The translations under genes were made by a program, and so were the position numbers. A stretch of 64,000 nucleotides of DNA, taken from NCBI GenBank assembly GCA_964106645.2, contig OZ067038.1; one strand, written 5' to 3'. Every line of letters starts with the position of its first letter. Positions within the stretch are counted from its first letter, which is position 1. A model generated the notes under the pieces. That model saw nothing but the letters and a program-made list of their open reading frames with translations. It was not told the DNA's origin and searched no databases. Below, piece after piece: positions 13,289 through 26,381 of the stretch. The stretch comes from Podarcis pityusensis (Eukaryota).

Positions 13289-13738
13289 GTCTGTGGAATG
13301 ACAAATATTGAAAATGTCTTCACTTTCTTTCTACTAGTTTTATTTCAAATGAGATTTGTGTGGTAGCAATTTATTAAGATTGTTCTGCTATTTCAGTTGT
13401 TCAAAAATATTAAGGATTTTGAAAATTTTTGTGTAGATTTTGCTTTACAAATTGGTTTTAGCAAGCCCATTTTAGAAAGAACTATCATGCCATGATGGCT
13501 CTGTTGAAGTTGGTCCAATACAATTTCATAACTTCAGGACTCTACATTCATAGCCCTATCCATGTTGTTATTCCTTCCCCTTTCAGTGGAGGAAGGGTTT
13601 GGTGTTTGAACAACCTATTATGGCCCACATCTTTAAGAGCTGTGGTTGATGGGACTTTGGTTTGTCTGAATGTTTCCTATCTATTTTAATATATATCCAA
13701 TGTATATGCATGCTTTTTCTACAAAAAAACGACATTGA

Positions 13739-14065
<327 letters not shown>

Positions 14066-15326
14066 TAGACAAGGAAAATAAAATACAGCTTTTAAGTTCT
14101 TGAGACCAGGTCACGGAGTTAATTGAAATGGAACTTAGATATGGTCAATTCCTCTAACAGCTCAGGGGAAGAAATTGAGTCAAGAAATTTCACTACGGAT
14201 TGCAAGTGAGGCATTGACCATATAACAGTAAGAACCTACAGGTTTACTGGATGGTTTTGAATGGCAGCTCAAGAGTTATAGAAATCATTCTCAGTTTTAT
14301 TCTGCTTCTGCTACTCATGGAGTTGTGGAAGGGACTGCAGCCAACTGCTAGGAACCCAGTCAAGGCCTCTCTTCATCCTTTCTGAGATTTCCTCAGGCAC
14401 ATTGTCAACCCTATCAGTGTGGCCTCCAGAACTAGAAAGTTTTGGCAGGTGTTAAGAAAAGACTACAAAACAGAACTAAACAATATGCAGCATATGTACA
14501 CGATGCTGAAAGCAGCAGCTTCATGTCCCTTGCTCCTCCCAGTAACATGGAGGCAAAATACGTGGCATTGTATTGAGTTTCCCAATCCCTTCATGTGTAG
14601 GTAGGGACACACGCAGACAGTGATTTTTCAAGTTGCTGCATTTTTGAGGAAAAAAAAACAGCATTTCTGGAAAAAGTAGAAGAGAGTAAGCAGGACTTTG
14701 AGCAGAGCCAGCTCTACAATTGGCACACTGAGGTGGCAGCCTCAGGCAGCAAAAACCTTCAAGGCGGCAGCCCCACCAGGACCCCTCTGTCGCTGGGGCA
14801 GAAGCAGTGCCAGTATCGGCACCAATTTCAGATGGAATTGTGGGAGATCATGCAGAGCATGAAAAGATATCTTATGATTTTGCCGAGATCTTGCTTGAAA
14901 TTGACGCCAATGCCGGGGTCACTTCTCTGCCAGCAGCAGAGGTGGCAGGGCAGGTGGAGAAGTGGTGGCAGCAGTGGCAGGGCATTTGCCTCAAGCGGTG
15001 AAATAGGACATGCCGCCCCCGACTTTTAGTGACTTTCAGTGTTTTATATTGTCTGCTTTGGGCCATAGGTTTTCAAAGTGCTGAATATCTCAAGTCCAGT
15101 ACCCAATTCCATGGATTCTTGGTACAATCGCAGAATCAAAACCCAATTGAAGATTCAGATATGGGTTTAAATGGCAGCTTTCTAGTGGGCTTGCAGGGTG
15201 GTGCTTGGCTAGCTACTTTCCTTCAGAATTATTTCCGCTCCAATAAACTGCAAGTGCTAGTGATGCATCTCAGAGGGGGAATACAATGATGAAACATTGC
15301 CTGCCTTGGAACCAGTGCAGAATATA

Positions 15327-15496
15327 CCGTATTTTTTGCACCATAACACTCACTTTTTTCCTCCTAGAAAGTAAGGGGAAATGTCTGTGCGTGTTATGGA
15401 GGGAATGCCTACGGGTGGCATGCCTACGGATTTTCCTCCTCTAAAAACTACGTGCGTGTTATGGTCGGGTGCATGTTATAGAGCGAAAAATACGGG
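15327..15496. mobile_element. Short TA-flanked Tc1/mariner-type MITE
   Basis: TIR CCGTATTTTT / AAAAATACGG; termini shared with 58167-58786. Confidence 0.8.
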
Positions 15497-15643
15497 TAGT
15501 TCTAAAATACTACCTTGTCTAGAAAGATGTCTCCAAAAGGAATATAAAAGCTTTACTGGGCAGTTGCACTGTACAGTATGACATGTGAACTGAGAGGATG
15601 TGGAATATTCCAAATTTTCCCTTTCTTAAACCCCTCTGTCTAG

Positions 15644-15760
15644 TTTCTGATGTTCCAAGAGATCTGCACGTTACTCCCACTGGCCCCACCAGCCTGGTCA
15701 TCACCTGGGAGGCTCCTGCCGTTACCGTCAGATACTACAGGATCACATATGGCGAAACAG
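15644..15760 (+). CDS. FN1: Fibronectin exon 29-eq, FNIII-10 first half
   Basis: ctag|TT...ACA G|gtcag; [39 protein letters not shown]. Confidence 0.96.
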
Positions 15761-16416
15761 GTCAGTGCTAGATGGTCTTAATACCTCGTATTAGAAGTTA
15801 AAGCAAGACTCTGGAGGCAAGGTTTTAAGTGACTTAAAAACACTGCAACACTTTGAATGACTGCTGTGGCTCTGATAGACACTGGATAATTACAATTCAA
15901 ATACAAGTTAGAAGGGAGGTAAAAGGGATCAGAGCCACTGGCTCAGCCCTGACAGCTGCATGTTCAAGGGAAAGGGGCTGATGCTTACATGGAGCATCTT
16001 GTGGGTATCAAATCCTTTTCACACTAACGCTAAAAAGATGAATGTCAGTGGTGGGGGCTGTATATGTGTGGGAGGGGACATTTGTGTACCCCTTAATTTG
16101 AAAGTATTGAAAACTTAACATTTGAGAGGACTTTTTCTGCACCTGTTGGTCTGTCATCATTATATACAATATTAATTGGTACTAAACACAACCTGAGACA
16201 GTTATCTTCATGGGTTTTCCAAAGGCAGTCCCACACCATGTGCATTACAAGGATCTAATTTAGGCATCCTGGTGGCATTAATTGCCATGGGGGGGTTGTA
16301 ATGCTACTTTCTATGTATTTTATACATGATTGTTTTATTACTTGTTAATTTTTCTGCAAATTGCTTTGAACCCTTTTTGGGGATAAAGACCATTTGCAAA
16401 TTTAGTTATTAAATTT

Positions 16417-16466
16417 GATCTGCATGTCACTTCCACTGGCCCCACCAGCTTGGTCATCACCTGGGA
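16417..16466 (+). repeat. 50-bp intronic duplicate of FN1 exon 29 sequence 15661-15710
   Basis: 46/50 identical, no gaps. Confidence 0.92.
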
Positions 16467-16611
16467 CAGGAGTGCCAAATTGGATAAAATAATTGATCAC
16501 TTGATGTGGTGCACACACACCATTTGAATGGCAATGCCCATCAACTTCAGAGGGGCAGCCCCCTCAAATATTTTAGGGGGGCCCAAGACCCCTTGGCTCC
16601 TAGGTGTTGGC

Positions 16612-16746
16612 AGGATAGCTCATTTGGTAGAGCATGAGACTCTTGATCTCAGGGTGGTGGGTTTGGGCAAAATAATCCTGCATTGCAGGGGGTTGGACTA
16701 GATGAACCTCATGGTCCCTTCCAACCCCGCATTCCATGATTCTATG
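16612..16746 (+). mobile_element. tRNA-Lys-derived SINE with CR1-like tail
   Basis: Head GGATAGCTCAtTTGGTAGAGCATGAGACTCTTgATCTCAGGGT resembles tRNA-Lys(CTT) with the T-arm deleted; tail GGTCCCTTCCAAC...ATTCTATG. Confidence 0.75.
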
Positions 16747-16812
16747 TACTACCACCATCGTCATTTTAACAACAGCTGTGAGCTTTTGACCATCTTGTGC
16801 TATTGCTCATAG

Positions 16813-16977
16813 GTGGCAGTGGGCCTGTTCAAGAGTTCACTGTACCTGGACATGTCTCCACTGCAACAATCCCTGGACTTAAGCCTGGAACAGACTATAC
16901 CATCACTGTGTATGCAGTCACTGGACGTGGAGACAGTCCTGCCAGCAGCAAACCAGTCACTGTCGACTACAGAATAG
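16813..16977 (+). CDS. FN1: Fibronectin exon 30-eq, FNIII-10 second half with RGD cell-binding loop (RGD 16926-16934)
   Basis: [13 protein letters not shown]...[20 protein letters not shown]; atag|GT...ATA G|gtaag. Confidence 0.97.
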   Translation: MAVGLFKSSLYLDMSPLQQSLDLSLEQTIPSLCMQSLDVETVLPAANQSLSTTE

Positions 16978-17639
16978 GTAAGACCAGGACAAATGGACAT
17001 TTAAGAACTATTTATTCCATCTGCTCACTTCTTCTTTTTTTTAAGGGTGGGAGAGCAAACCAAATTATTCACTCCACTGGCTTAATTCAACAATCCTGTC
17101 CATCATGCAAAAAGACCTCTAACCCATTTAAAACACTTGCATCTTGCTTTTTGATGAGCTTGAGATTGCTGGCAAAAACTATGGCTTTGTTTTCTACAAC
17201 TCCTTGATTTACATCAGGATGGTAACACAACAGTGCTTTCCATTTGTTTGAATCCAAATACGTTGCAAATGTGGCCCGCAGTAAATGTTGGCGTTCTTAT
17301 TCATCTAGTTTAGCGCTCGTTTCCAGCAATGGCCAGTCAAATGCATCTGGAAGACCAATCACCAAAGGAGAAGGGCAACAGTGGCCCCTTGTCTGCTTCC
17401 ACATGTGATATTTCACTATGTTGTGGTCATGTGGAGACTCTATTCAATTATTGTAGAGCATGGGAGAGGTGAGGTTGAGTGGGTGGAGCCAAAGGAAAGC
17501 GCAGCATCAGTGATTTGGCTGGGGAGCAAAAATTTAGGTCCCTCATGGTGGCAATCCATGGTTTTAAGGATTATACTTGATCCCAAAAGTGGCTAACACA
17601 GCCGTGGATTAAAGCAATATTATGCTCAACCATATATAT

Positions 17640-18080
17640 TAATTTTGTTGATATGTATTTTTGAAAGATTTATACCCCACCTTCTCAAAAATGAAGTTCT
17701 CAGAAAAAAGACCCTTCTAAAAATATAACATAAGGTAGCATAAAATGAAGTGGAACAAATAAATCACATAAAATATTTAAAATTTAGCAGCACCAGTATA
17801 AAAAGACAAATTAACCATCAGTGCAAAAGCTAAAATGATAAAGTAACAAATAAAGTCTCAGGAGCAATAGCTGTTGATTCATTCAGTTATAGGGTAAACA
17901 AAATCTTAGCCTGGTACCTAAAACTGAACAGGCCAAGCCTGAGGCAGGCTGCCCATGGAAAGAGTGTTCCAGAGTTGGGGTCCATAATAGAGAGAGCTGT
18001 TTTGGGGGTAGCCACCCACCTCCCTTCTGATGGGGAAGATAAAGGCTTATAATGATTATCATAGCTGGCACACAGGTTCA
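17640..18080 (-). mobile_element. Degenerate L2-type LINE 3' end
   Basis: TTTATACCCCACCTT...GAGTGTTCCAGAGTTGGGG pattern similar to the other L2 tails in the window; boundaries approximate. Confidence 0.45.
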
Positions 18081-18147
18081 AATTTGCCATAACATTTTTG
18101 TGTGTGAAGAACACTCGGAGAAGGAGTAATGTATATATATTCCATTA

Positions 18148-18378
18148 CAGTGGTACCTCGGGTTAAGTACTTAATTTGTTCTGGAGGTTCATTCTTAACT
18201 TGAAACTGTTCTTAACCTGATGCACCACTTTAGCTAATGGGGCCTCCTGCTGCCGCCGCGCGATTTCTGTTCTCATCCTGAAGCAAAGTTCTTAACCTGA
18301 AGCACTATTTCTGGGTTAGCGGAGTCTGCAACCTGAAGTGTATGTAACCTGAAGCGTATGTAACCCGAGGTACCACTG
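18148..18378. mobile_element. Second copy of the 231-bp TA-flanked MITE
   Basis: Same TIRs, TA TSD and internal sequence as 3489-3719. Confidence 0.9.
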
Positions 18379-18720
18379 TATTTAATTCCCCTTCTCTGTT
18401 AAAATCCCAAGACCTAGCTTGCAGATTAAAATATTAACACTTTCAAATAGCGCTTTCTGCTGATTTCCCCCTCTCCCACTTTCTTCACCCCAACTTTCTT
18501 ATCTACAGTTTTTGAATGCTTGTTCCCCAAGGCCACATCATGGAGAAACAAGGATCTGGTGTTATCACTGCAGGTTCCATACGAAATTCAGAATATTAAT
18601 TTAGTGTCCTTGAGAAATGTCTTCTGAGTTACTTTAGGCCTTGGAGGACCAACATGGCCACACTTCTGCTGAACACAAGGTGGTCAGTCTTCTCTAAGAT
18701 CTGTCACAGAAGCCAATGAG

Positions 18721-18971
18721 AGAAGAAGAAGAAGAAGAGTTTGGATTTGATATCCCGCCTTTCACTCCCCTTCAGGAGTCTCAAAGCGGCTGACATTCTC
18801 CTTTCCCTTCCTCCCCCACAACAAACACTCTGTGAGGTGAGAGGGGCTGAGAGACTTCAGAGAAGTGTGACTGGCCCAAGGTCACCCAGCAGCTGCATGT
18901 GGAGGAGCGGGGAAGCGAACCAGGTTCCCCAGATTACGTGACTACCGCTCTTAACCACTACACCACACTGG
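18721..18971 (-). mobile_element. tRNA-derived SINE (Squam3-like)
   Basis: Reverse strand starts CCAGTGTGGTGTAGTGGTTAAGAGC (A box), has a GGTTCG B box and ends in a (TTC)n tail. Confidence 0.8.
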
Positions 18972-19012
18972 TGTAGTGTAGAGATGAATGATTTTAATTC
19001 TTTTATGTGCAG

Positions 19013-19168
19013 AGATTGATACACCATCCCAGCTACAAGTGACTGATGTTCAGGACAGCAGCATAACTGTGCGATGGCAGCCTTCTTCTTCCCCAGTTAC
19101 TGGTTACAGAGTGACAGCTGTTCCCAAAGATAACCACGGTCCCACAAAAACCAGAGTTCTCTCTGCAG
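19013..19168 (+). CDS. FN1: Fibronectin exon 31-eq, FNIII-11 first half
   Basis: [52 protein letters not shown]; GT-AG ends. Confidence 0.95.
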
Positions 19169-20350
19169 GTAAGAACAGGGCATACATAAAACTCAGAGAG
19201 GGACACCCAAGGGAAGGAAAAGTCCATAATCTAAGCCTGACTTACTCGCAAGCCAAAATGTTGGGTCACCACTGCACCTTCCCCATAGGCCAGCTTCTCT
19301 CTCTTGTGCTTTTTCAGAATGCACTAGCATGAACAGAAATAAAAAAATTTAAAAGCCTACAGGTCATAAGAAGCCTTGGCAGAATAGCAGTGTCTTCCTC
19401 AGTTACGAAAATGTTCCATGGAGTTCCACAAAGGGCTGAGATAGCATGCTAAAATCAGAATTGTGTACATGACTGAGGCAAAACGTGGCACAATGGCCCG
19501 GACCTAAAGAACCACGCAGTTAGTTCCACGTACCTAGGTGTGTTTGCATCTAATGCTAAATTATGGTATAATGCTCTATGCACAAGCTGGAATGAGCTTC
19601 AGGGAGGCGTGCCTCTCTTCTCCTCCCATCGCACTGAGGTGTGTGAACCTAGGAATCATGGTTTATTACAGACGTTGCTTCTTCCCTCATTCATACAAAT
19701 CAAGTTCTACTCCAATTAGGAGAAACAGGAGGAGGAGCCCAAACATGAGGCTTTGCTCAGGCTTGTCCTGGCTCATGCATTTAGTTCTAGGTCAGCCTCG
19801 CCCAACTTGGTGCCCCTCTAGCATGCTGGCTGAGGGTGATGGGAGTTGTAGTCCACTTAACAGTCACGTGAGACTAAGGCACTGCACATAAAGGTAACAT
19901 CTTCTGGACCAACATGGTGTTTAGTGTACTTCTTCTAGAATGACAGAACAAGTCTGCAGCAGTGGACAAGCATCATGGTCTTGAGATGTGTTGGCAACAT
20001 CCTAAGAGTATTTTTGTCAAGATTGCAAATATTGTTATTCACCTTTAATTATACATCTGATTTCCTCCTTGCAAATGTTTGTTTAAAAGCCCCCAGTGTA
20101 CAATATATTTCATTGGAACTGGCTTATAGAGCAAAGAATTTCTGCATTTTTCATTCTGAAGAAATTTGAGTGTGGAATCCATTAACAAAGCATCTTTGAT
20201 CTGGAACTATTTGTGTTAATCTAGAGCAAGTCGCCTTTCCACTTGGAGCACAAATGAATACTTGCACAAGGGTCTCAGTTGTGACAGAATGAGGCCATCC
20301 ATAAATAACATTTCATTCCTGATTAATGTTTTATTGGCCTTTTGTTGCAG

Positions 20351-20464
20351 ATCAAACTGAAGTTACAATTGATGGACTGCAACCTACAATTGAGTATGTA
20401 GTTAGTGTCTACGCCCAAGGTCAAAATGGAGAAAGCCAGCCTCTGGTTGAGACAGCTGTTACAA
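20351..20464 (+). CDS. FN1: Fibronectin exon 32-eq, FNIII-11 second half
   Basis: [38 protein letters not shown]; gcag|AT...A|gtatg. Confidence 0.95.
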
Positions 20465-22872
20465 GTATGTATTTTGCATTTTCTGAGTTTTACAGCAGGA
20501 ACACAGTGTCTCTGAATGCTTGAATTCACTGGACATATCTACTTTCAGAAATCAGTGCAAAACACAGAAAACAGCATCATTCCCACTGATACAACCTAGA
20601 GAGGCTGCTAAAACTCAGTTGCTCACCCCAGCCTCAGAAGATGTGCTTTGAGTATGGCTAAAAATGGTCAATGCAAAAAATGAAAAACCTTGACTCTTAA
20701 TTGCTTTTAAATGTGTGCGAAATATTGTACTTCCTATGGTAAGATAGTAAAGGTGACAGCTGGAGATTACAAACTCATTTTACATACTATCTGACAAAGA
20801 TACTAATGCTGAGGTTGCTTATTTCTTTTCTTTATTCCTGTCAGCAGCCTGTGGGGAGGTAAATAAGCAATAGCAGTGAAATTAATTTAAGTCACTTGAA
20901 AGCATAAATTCAAAGTTTTAAATCTGCATATCAAATTTTGATGAAAAACAAAGTGAAGGAGGAGACTAGCTCTCTCTCTGCGTGGAGCACAATCCAGCAT
21001 TTTCAACCCTGAAGTAAATCTGCACACTAGCAATGCACATTGAGGCACAAATACTTCCTGGTGAATTCATCAGCTGGTGAGTTTTACTGCTCGCCATGTG
21101 CTCTGTGCCCTGACAAATCAGGGCAGACTTGCCCACAGTAATACAGTCAGGGCATGATCTTTCCCTGTCCAAGCGCTCCGGCTGTGTGGGATCAACAGAG
21201 CTCTATTTGTCGTCCCCCCCCCCCTCAATGTATTCACAGGAGAATGGGAAGTCTATGTGCACCTTCCATATCCCCATCCAGCCTTCCTTCCTTTGCCTGT
21301 ACATATTGAACAAGCAGAATAGGGGGAGGGTTGGATAATAATATATGAAGAGCACGGCTAGATCACACCAAAGGTCCATCTTGTCCAGCATGTGCACAGG
21401 TGGCCAGCCAGATGCATCTGGGAGGCTCATAAGGAAGACATGGGCAGTGTGAGCAGATCTTCTGTTTCCTGCTTAGGGAAGGAGAGGAGAGCAGGGCTCC
21501 ACTGAACAGCAGGGGCTCCTCCATGCACAGGTGCTGTGCCCATGAAGGGAGAAATTAACCCAGCTAAGAAAAGAACTCTGGAATTGAAAGAGAAACAAGA
21601 CAGCATTCTGAAACCCCAGACTTGTGCAATAGAAGTCACCTTTTCTATCTGGAAAGCATAGGAAATGCACAACTCTAACATCACTTTGCTATCAATGGTG
21701 GCAGAATATGCAATCATTTGAATCTTCTTTTTAAATGAAAAGACTGCTCCTTGGCTCACGGAAACTGGCTGAGTGCTCAGTTCTGTGCATACTTACTCAG
21801 CAGCAAGGTAAATTGTGTCCAATAGGACTTCCTCCCAAGTAAGTATGCATAGAATTGCAGTGCTAGTTTTACCGACATCTTGAAAAGCGATCCATGCTGC
21901 TCTCTGTTGCCTAAGAGCTGCTTCCGATGTTACTGTTTAGGTACATGGAAGCACTCCCAGAAGTCACTTCTGTGTTTGCAAACATCCTGAGGAAATGGAA
22001 GAAAATATATGAACTCCAGGACTTCTGAAGCAGTTCATGTCTATCCTGGAGCTGATACTAAGCCTTCCAACAGGCTGTTTTCAGTCATGGAAACAGAATC
22101 ACTAATATGCTGAAATTGTTATATCAAAAGTAACATCCTGGTCTGCCAAATACTATCTTTAATTTAAAGATAGGGCTTCGTATGCATATTATCTATGCTT
22201 ATGGCAATAATTTGCAATAATGGTGTGTGTTTTTTGACAAATTGATATGTGGATGTTAATTTGTTGAAATAGCTACCTTGAGGCCTTTCTGCAGTCACTT
22301 ACAGCAGTACAAGACAATGATCAGCTTGATTCTCTGATCTGGCTGGTGTAGAGCGCTTTTGGGAAACACAGTTCCTCCATCAAAGAGGTTCTGGGCTAGC
22401 AAAAATAGTTGCAGGTCTGTGGGAATAGTATTTGAGGAGGGTCTTTAGCCAAGGCTATTTTCTGAATTGAGCTTGCCAGATTCCAGGCAGATTGCTTCTG
22501 CCTGTCCGGTTTTCTGGGTTGCAGCAAAAGCATCAATGCAATGGTCAGATCAGCTGAAACCATCAGAGGTGTGCTGCTGTGACTACCAGCCATTCGATTC
22601 CCAAAAAGCTTGTGCTTTATGCTGATTGCTGTTTGCAATAGCATAACATCCAGCTGAAAAACATGGTACAAGTCTTAACTGCTACACCTCCATTGTGCTG
22701 CTGTAAATGGCTCTGCAGGCTGCAAAATAAAATAAATAAATAGTTTCTATTTCGCGATGTGGAGAAATAGAAGATTGCTTTGCATGCCTATAACAAAGTG
22801 CTTTGTGCTACCCAAACCTGCTTCCCCACCCTTCCCCTCCACTTAATCTTTCATCATTAATTTGCCTAACAG

Positions 22873-23142
22873 ACATTGATCGCCCTAAAGGACTGACATT
22901 CACTGAGGTGGATGTCGATTCCATCAAAATTGCTTGGGAAAGCCCACAGGGGCAAGTCACCAGGTACAGGGTGACCTACTCAACCCCTGAGGATGGAATC
23001 CATGAGCTATTCCCTGCTCCAGATGGCGAAGACGACACTGCAGAGTTGCATGGCCTCAGGCCTGGTTCTGAGTACACTGTCCGCATCGTTGCCTTGCACA
23101 ATGGCTTGGAGAGCCTACCTCTGATTGGGACCCAGTCCACAG
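22873..23142 (+). CDS. FN1: Fibronectin alternatively spliced extra domain A (EDA/EIIIA), exon 33-eq
   Basis: 270-nt phase 1-1 exon; [29 protein letters not shown]...[20 protein letters not shown]...GTQST; weak donor G|gtacac. Confidence 0.97.
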
Positions 23143-23328
23143 GTACACACATAGCAATGCCACCCGGTGGCCAGGGCAGCTGCTGCCTTCGTTGCCTGGC
23201 TGGCCAGAATAGTTTCCAAGTGCTGCTGGTTTCTCATCTATGAGACCCCCAGTTCGGGGGAATGCCTTTGGTGTGGGGACATAGAGACATGGGTTTCTTT
23301 TGCATGGAAGATGAAGGATATCAGAAGC

Positions 23329-23330
<2 letters not shown>

Positions 23331-23370
<40 letters not shown>
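23331..23370. repeat. (CA)20 microsatellite
   Basis: Directly visible. Confidence 0.95.
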
Positions 23371-23375
<5 letters not shown>

Positions 23376-23877
23376 TGACTTTGGAATCAAGGGACGTGTA
23401 GCCTTTTCCTCCCTTAAAAAGATTACCTTTGATAAAAGAAAAGGTGATTAGTTTTCACTTTTTAAAAAAGCCTTGGGCAAGGGTTCTGAAGGTCCCCTAT
23501 GACACTTCTATTTGCCCTTCTCCTTCTTCCTTTCTCACCAGTTTGATCACCATTGCAGCCTATGCCCACAGTCCTTCCTTGCACATCCTTTTAATTTCAC
23601 TAGTACTCGCACACAACATTTGAGCACAGAATTTGACTGATTTTGGGCATCATCCTTTGTCAGCCTAGTCAATAAATGTCTCTGCAGCGTGTTACCATCA
23701 TATAATCTTGATTATTGTTGATTCTATAAAATCATCATGATATTTCCAAAATCACATAATTGACCCTGTTTTGGGGCAGGCACAGCAGAGTGCTGCCTGG
23801 TTATACCTATAACCACTCTTTAAAATTCTAAATCTGTATCCGGGGACATTAGAAAACAGCACCAATCACCTCCACAC

Positions 23878-23880
<3 letters not shown>

Positions 23881-23918
<38 letters not shown>
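23881..23918. repeat. (TG)19 microsatellite
   Basis: Directly visible. Confidence 0.95.
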
Positions 23919-23921
<3 letters not shown>

Positions 23922-24227
23922 TACTCAGTTAAATTGTGGCAGCATTGTTTAAAGATGACTTTGTAGCTTAGTTGGTCCCTGTTTTTCCAGCAACTATCTT
24001 CCATTACTGATGATCCATGTATAAAAATATTTCAATACATATTTGTCTTGTTCAAGGCACCTGAATTTTGAAACTTCCTTTCTATTAGATTTTTTAAAGA
24101 TACCTGATCACATCATCAAAACTGCAGTCACCTGAAATGATACCGGTGACTTCACAGCAGGGCTAGCCATTTCTGTACTCATTACTACTCCCGAAGTAAT
24201 CTAAAATTTTAATCCTAAATTTGACAG

Positions 24228-24415
24228 CAATCCCACCTCCTATGAACCTGAAGTTTATTCAGGTTGCTCCAACCAGCCTGACAGTCACCTGGACTGCACC
24301 TAATGTTCAGCTTACTGGATACCGCATCAGAGTGAATCCCAAGGATAAGAACGGGCCAATGAAAGAAATTAACCTCTCTCCAGATAGCACATCGGCTGTT
24401 GTCTCAGGACTCATG
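24228..24415 (+). CDS. FN1: Fibronectin exon 34-eq, FNIII-12 first half
   Basis: [63 protein letters not shown]; ATG|gtaat. Confidence 0.95.
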
Positions 24416-24429
24416 GTAATTCTTCTTTT

Positions 24430-24782
24430 ATTTTTTTGAAAGGATTTTTTTATTTGTGTTTTTACATACAGTTCAAAAAGAATAAGTAAAGAATAAATGG
24501 AGAAAATGAAAACAAAACCACTACAAACCAAGGACACAACGCAAAACACCTAAGGACTTCCCTTCCTCTCCTTCTCTGGTATCTTTTCTTTTCTCTTTCT
24601 TCTGCATATTCTTAGTTACTAAAGTTCTACTCTTCGTACTAATTTTCTCCTACTTCCTCTTACACTGCTGAGTTTTCAAGTCCTGCTAATCTGTTCACTT
24701 GTTTACACTGATTTTTTAAAATACTCTACAAACATTTTCCAATCCTTTTTGTATTCTTGGGGACTTCTGTTATGTATTCCCA
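24430..24782 (-). mobile_element. L1-type LINE 3' end
   Basis: Poly-T on +; minus translation W..FVEY..K.QCKQVNRLAGLENS-like ORF2 end; boundaries approximate. Confidence 0.55.
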
Positions 24783-25601
24783 GAAGAAAAACTTCTGGTT
24801 TCTTGGGAAATGTTCTCTTAAGTATTTCCCCCCTTAATTCCCATAATTCCTGGATTATTTCACATGATCACCACTTGCGGTAAAATTCTTCTTTTTAAAT
24901 GCATTTGGTTATAATTGTTTTGAAGCCACAACATTATTTGCGGCAGGAGTTCAACCTCTATTGAGCTTGACTACACATTCAGCCCTCTCTCATAACTACA
25001 TTTGAATGAAGCAAATAATAAATACATTACAGCAAGCAGCATAGGCACTGAAACCACCTTCCATTCCTCCAAAAGGGGTTTCCATTGAAGACAGAGAGTT
25101 ATGGGTATATCTCCTGACAGTCCCTGGGACTGCAGTCACTGTTGCCATGTGTAACTTTCATTCTATATATCTCATAAAAGATGCATAGGGACAGTGGGGT
25201 TTTGTTTTTTTGAAAGAAGGTGGTGCTTCTCACCATGAAGTTGTTACAGTAAGTGACATACTTTTAACATTTGTGGGTGGGTGAGTGCTAGTACTGCATA
25301 CTCTTGAATTCCCCCAGAGAAAAGCTCTAACATGTGGAATATGCAATTCTCCAAAAGAGCAGATAAAAGCTAATTACCAAGGGATGCAAGTCACTGAAAA
25401 ATCCTCGTTTCTTTGTGTCATCTGAATATTTGGCTCCATCTGATTTTCTGATTGCTCAGTAAGGCTCCCAACACTTCACAATGCATTGGATTAGAGAATA
25501 TAAATGAAGAGCAGGCTTACTGAAGTGGCTTATGCGTCAGCTTTTTGTGACCTCCTGGAGGATGTAAATCTCTTAACAGTCCATGGTTTTGTTACATCTA
25601 G

Positions 25602-25712
<111 letters not shown>

Positions 25713-25754
25713 TAGCGTCCCTGATCCCTGATACCATAGAGTCCCTGATTCAAA

Positions 25755-26220
25755 GGCAAAAACATTTGGAGCTTTTTCAGTTTCGAGAAAAGGCAAATAA
25801 GTGGGAAGGGGGAGGACATGATAGAGGTGTATAAAATTATGCATGGTGTGAAGAAAGAGGATAGATAAGTCCCCCCAATTGCCCAGTATTAGAACCCAGG
25901 ACCATCAAATAAGGCTGAGTGTTGAAAAACTCAGGGGAGACCAAAGGAAGATCACACCACAAATAGCAAATTTTCTACCACAATCTGCTGTGAGGCCCAC
26001 AAACCTAGATGTCTTTAAAAGAGGATTATTCATGGACTATCAACAGTTGCTAGTCATGATGGCTGTCGGACAGTCGGAGGCAGCAGGTTTCCAAATAGAA
26101 GTCATTGGGGAGCACCAATGGGGCTTTTGCCCTTGTTGTGTCCTGCTTCTTTCCTTTCCACAGACAGTTGGACTTGAGGTCATTGTTGGAATACAGGATG
26201 CTATTCTAGATTGGTCATAT
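25755..26220 (+). mobile_element. CR1 LINE 3' fragment
   Basis: LFS.EKR...GDMIEVYKIMHG and TNLDVFKRGL remnants of CR1 ORF2; boundaries approximate. Confidence 0.75.
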
Positions 26221-26381
26221 CCCTCTTCTCCTATTTTTTGGGAGTGCCTGGAAATGGGTTCCTAGAATCACTGGTTCTGATCCTGAATGAGAACTAGGCA
26301 GATTGGGTTTGGAGGTATAAATAAGTGGTAGTTCTAAAGCGGCCTTTTGGTGGAATTTGCCTCAATGCATGTTTGCGAGAC

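Noticed and set aside
14703-15022. Possible hAT-type element or acidic ORF 14807-15001
   Set aside because: Termini too degenerate, no TSD seen, and the ORF has no recognisable similarity; left unannotated
16612-16670. Possible tRNA-Lys(CTT) gene
   Set aside because: T-arm/B box deleted, acceptor stem broken, and it continues into a CR1-like tail: a SINE head
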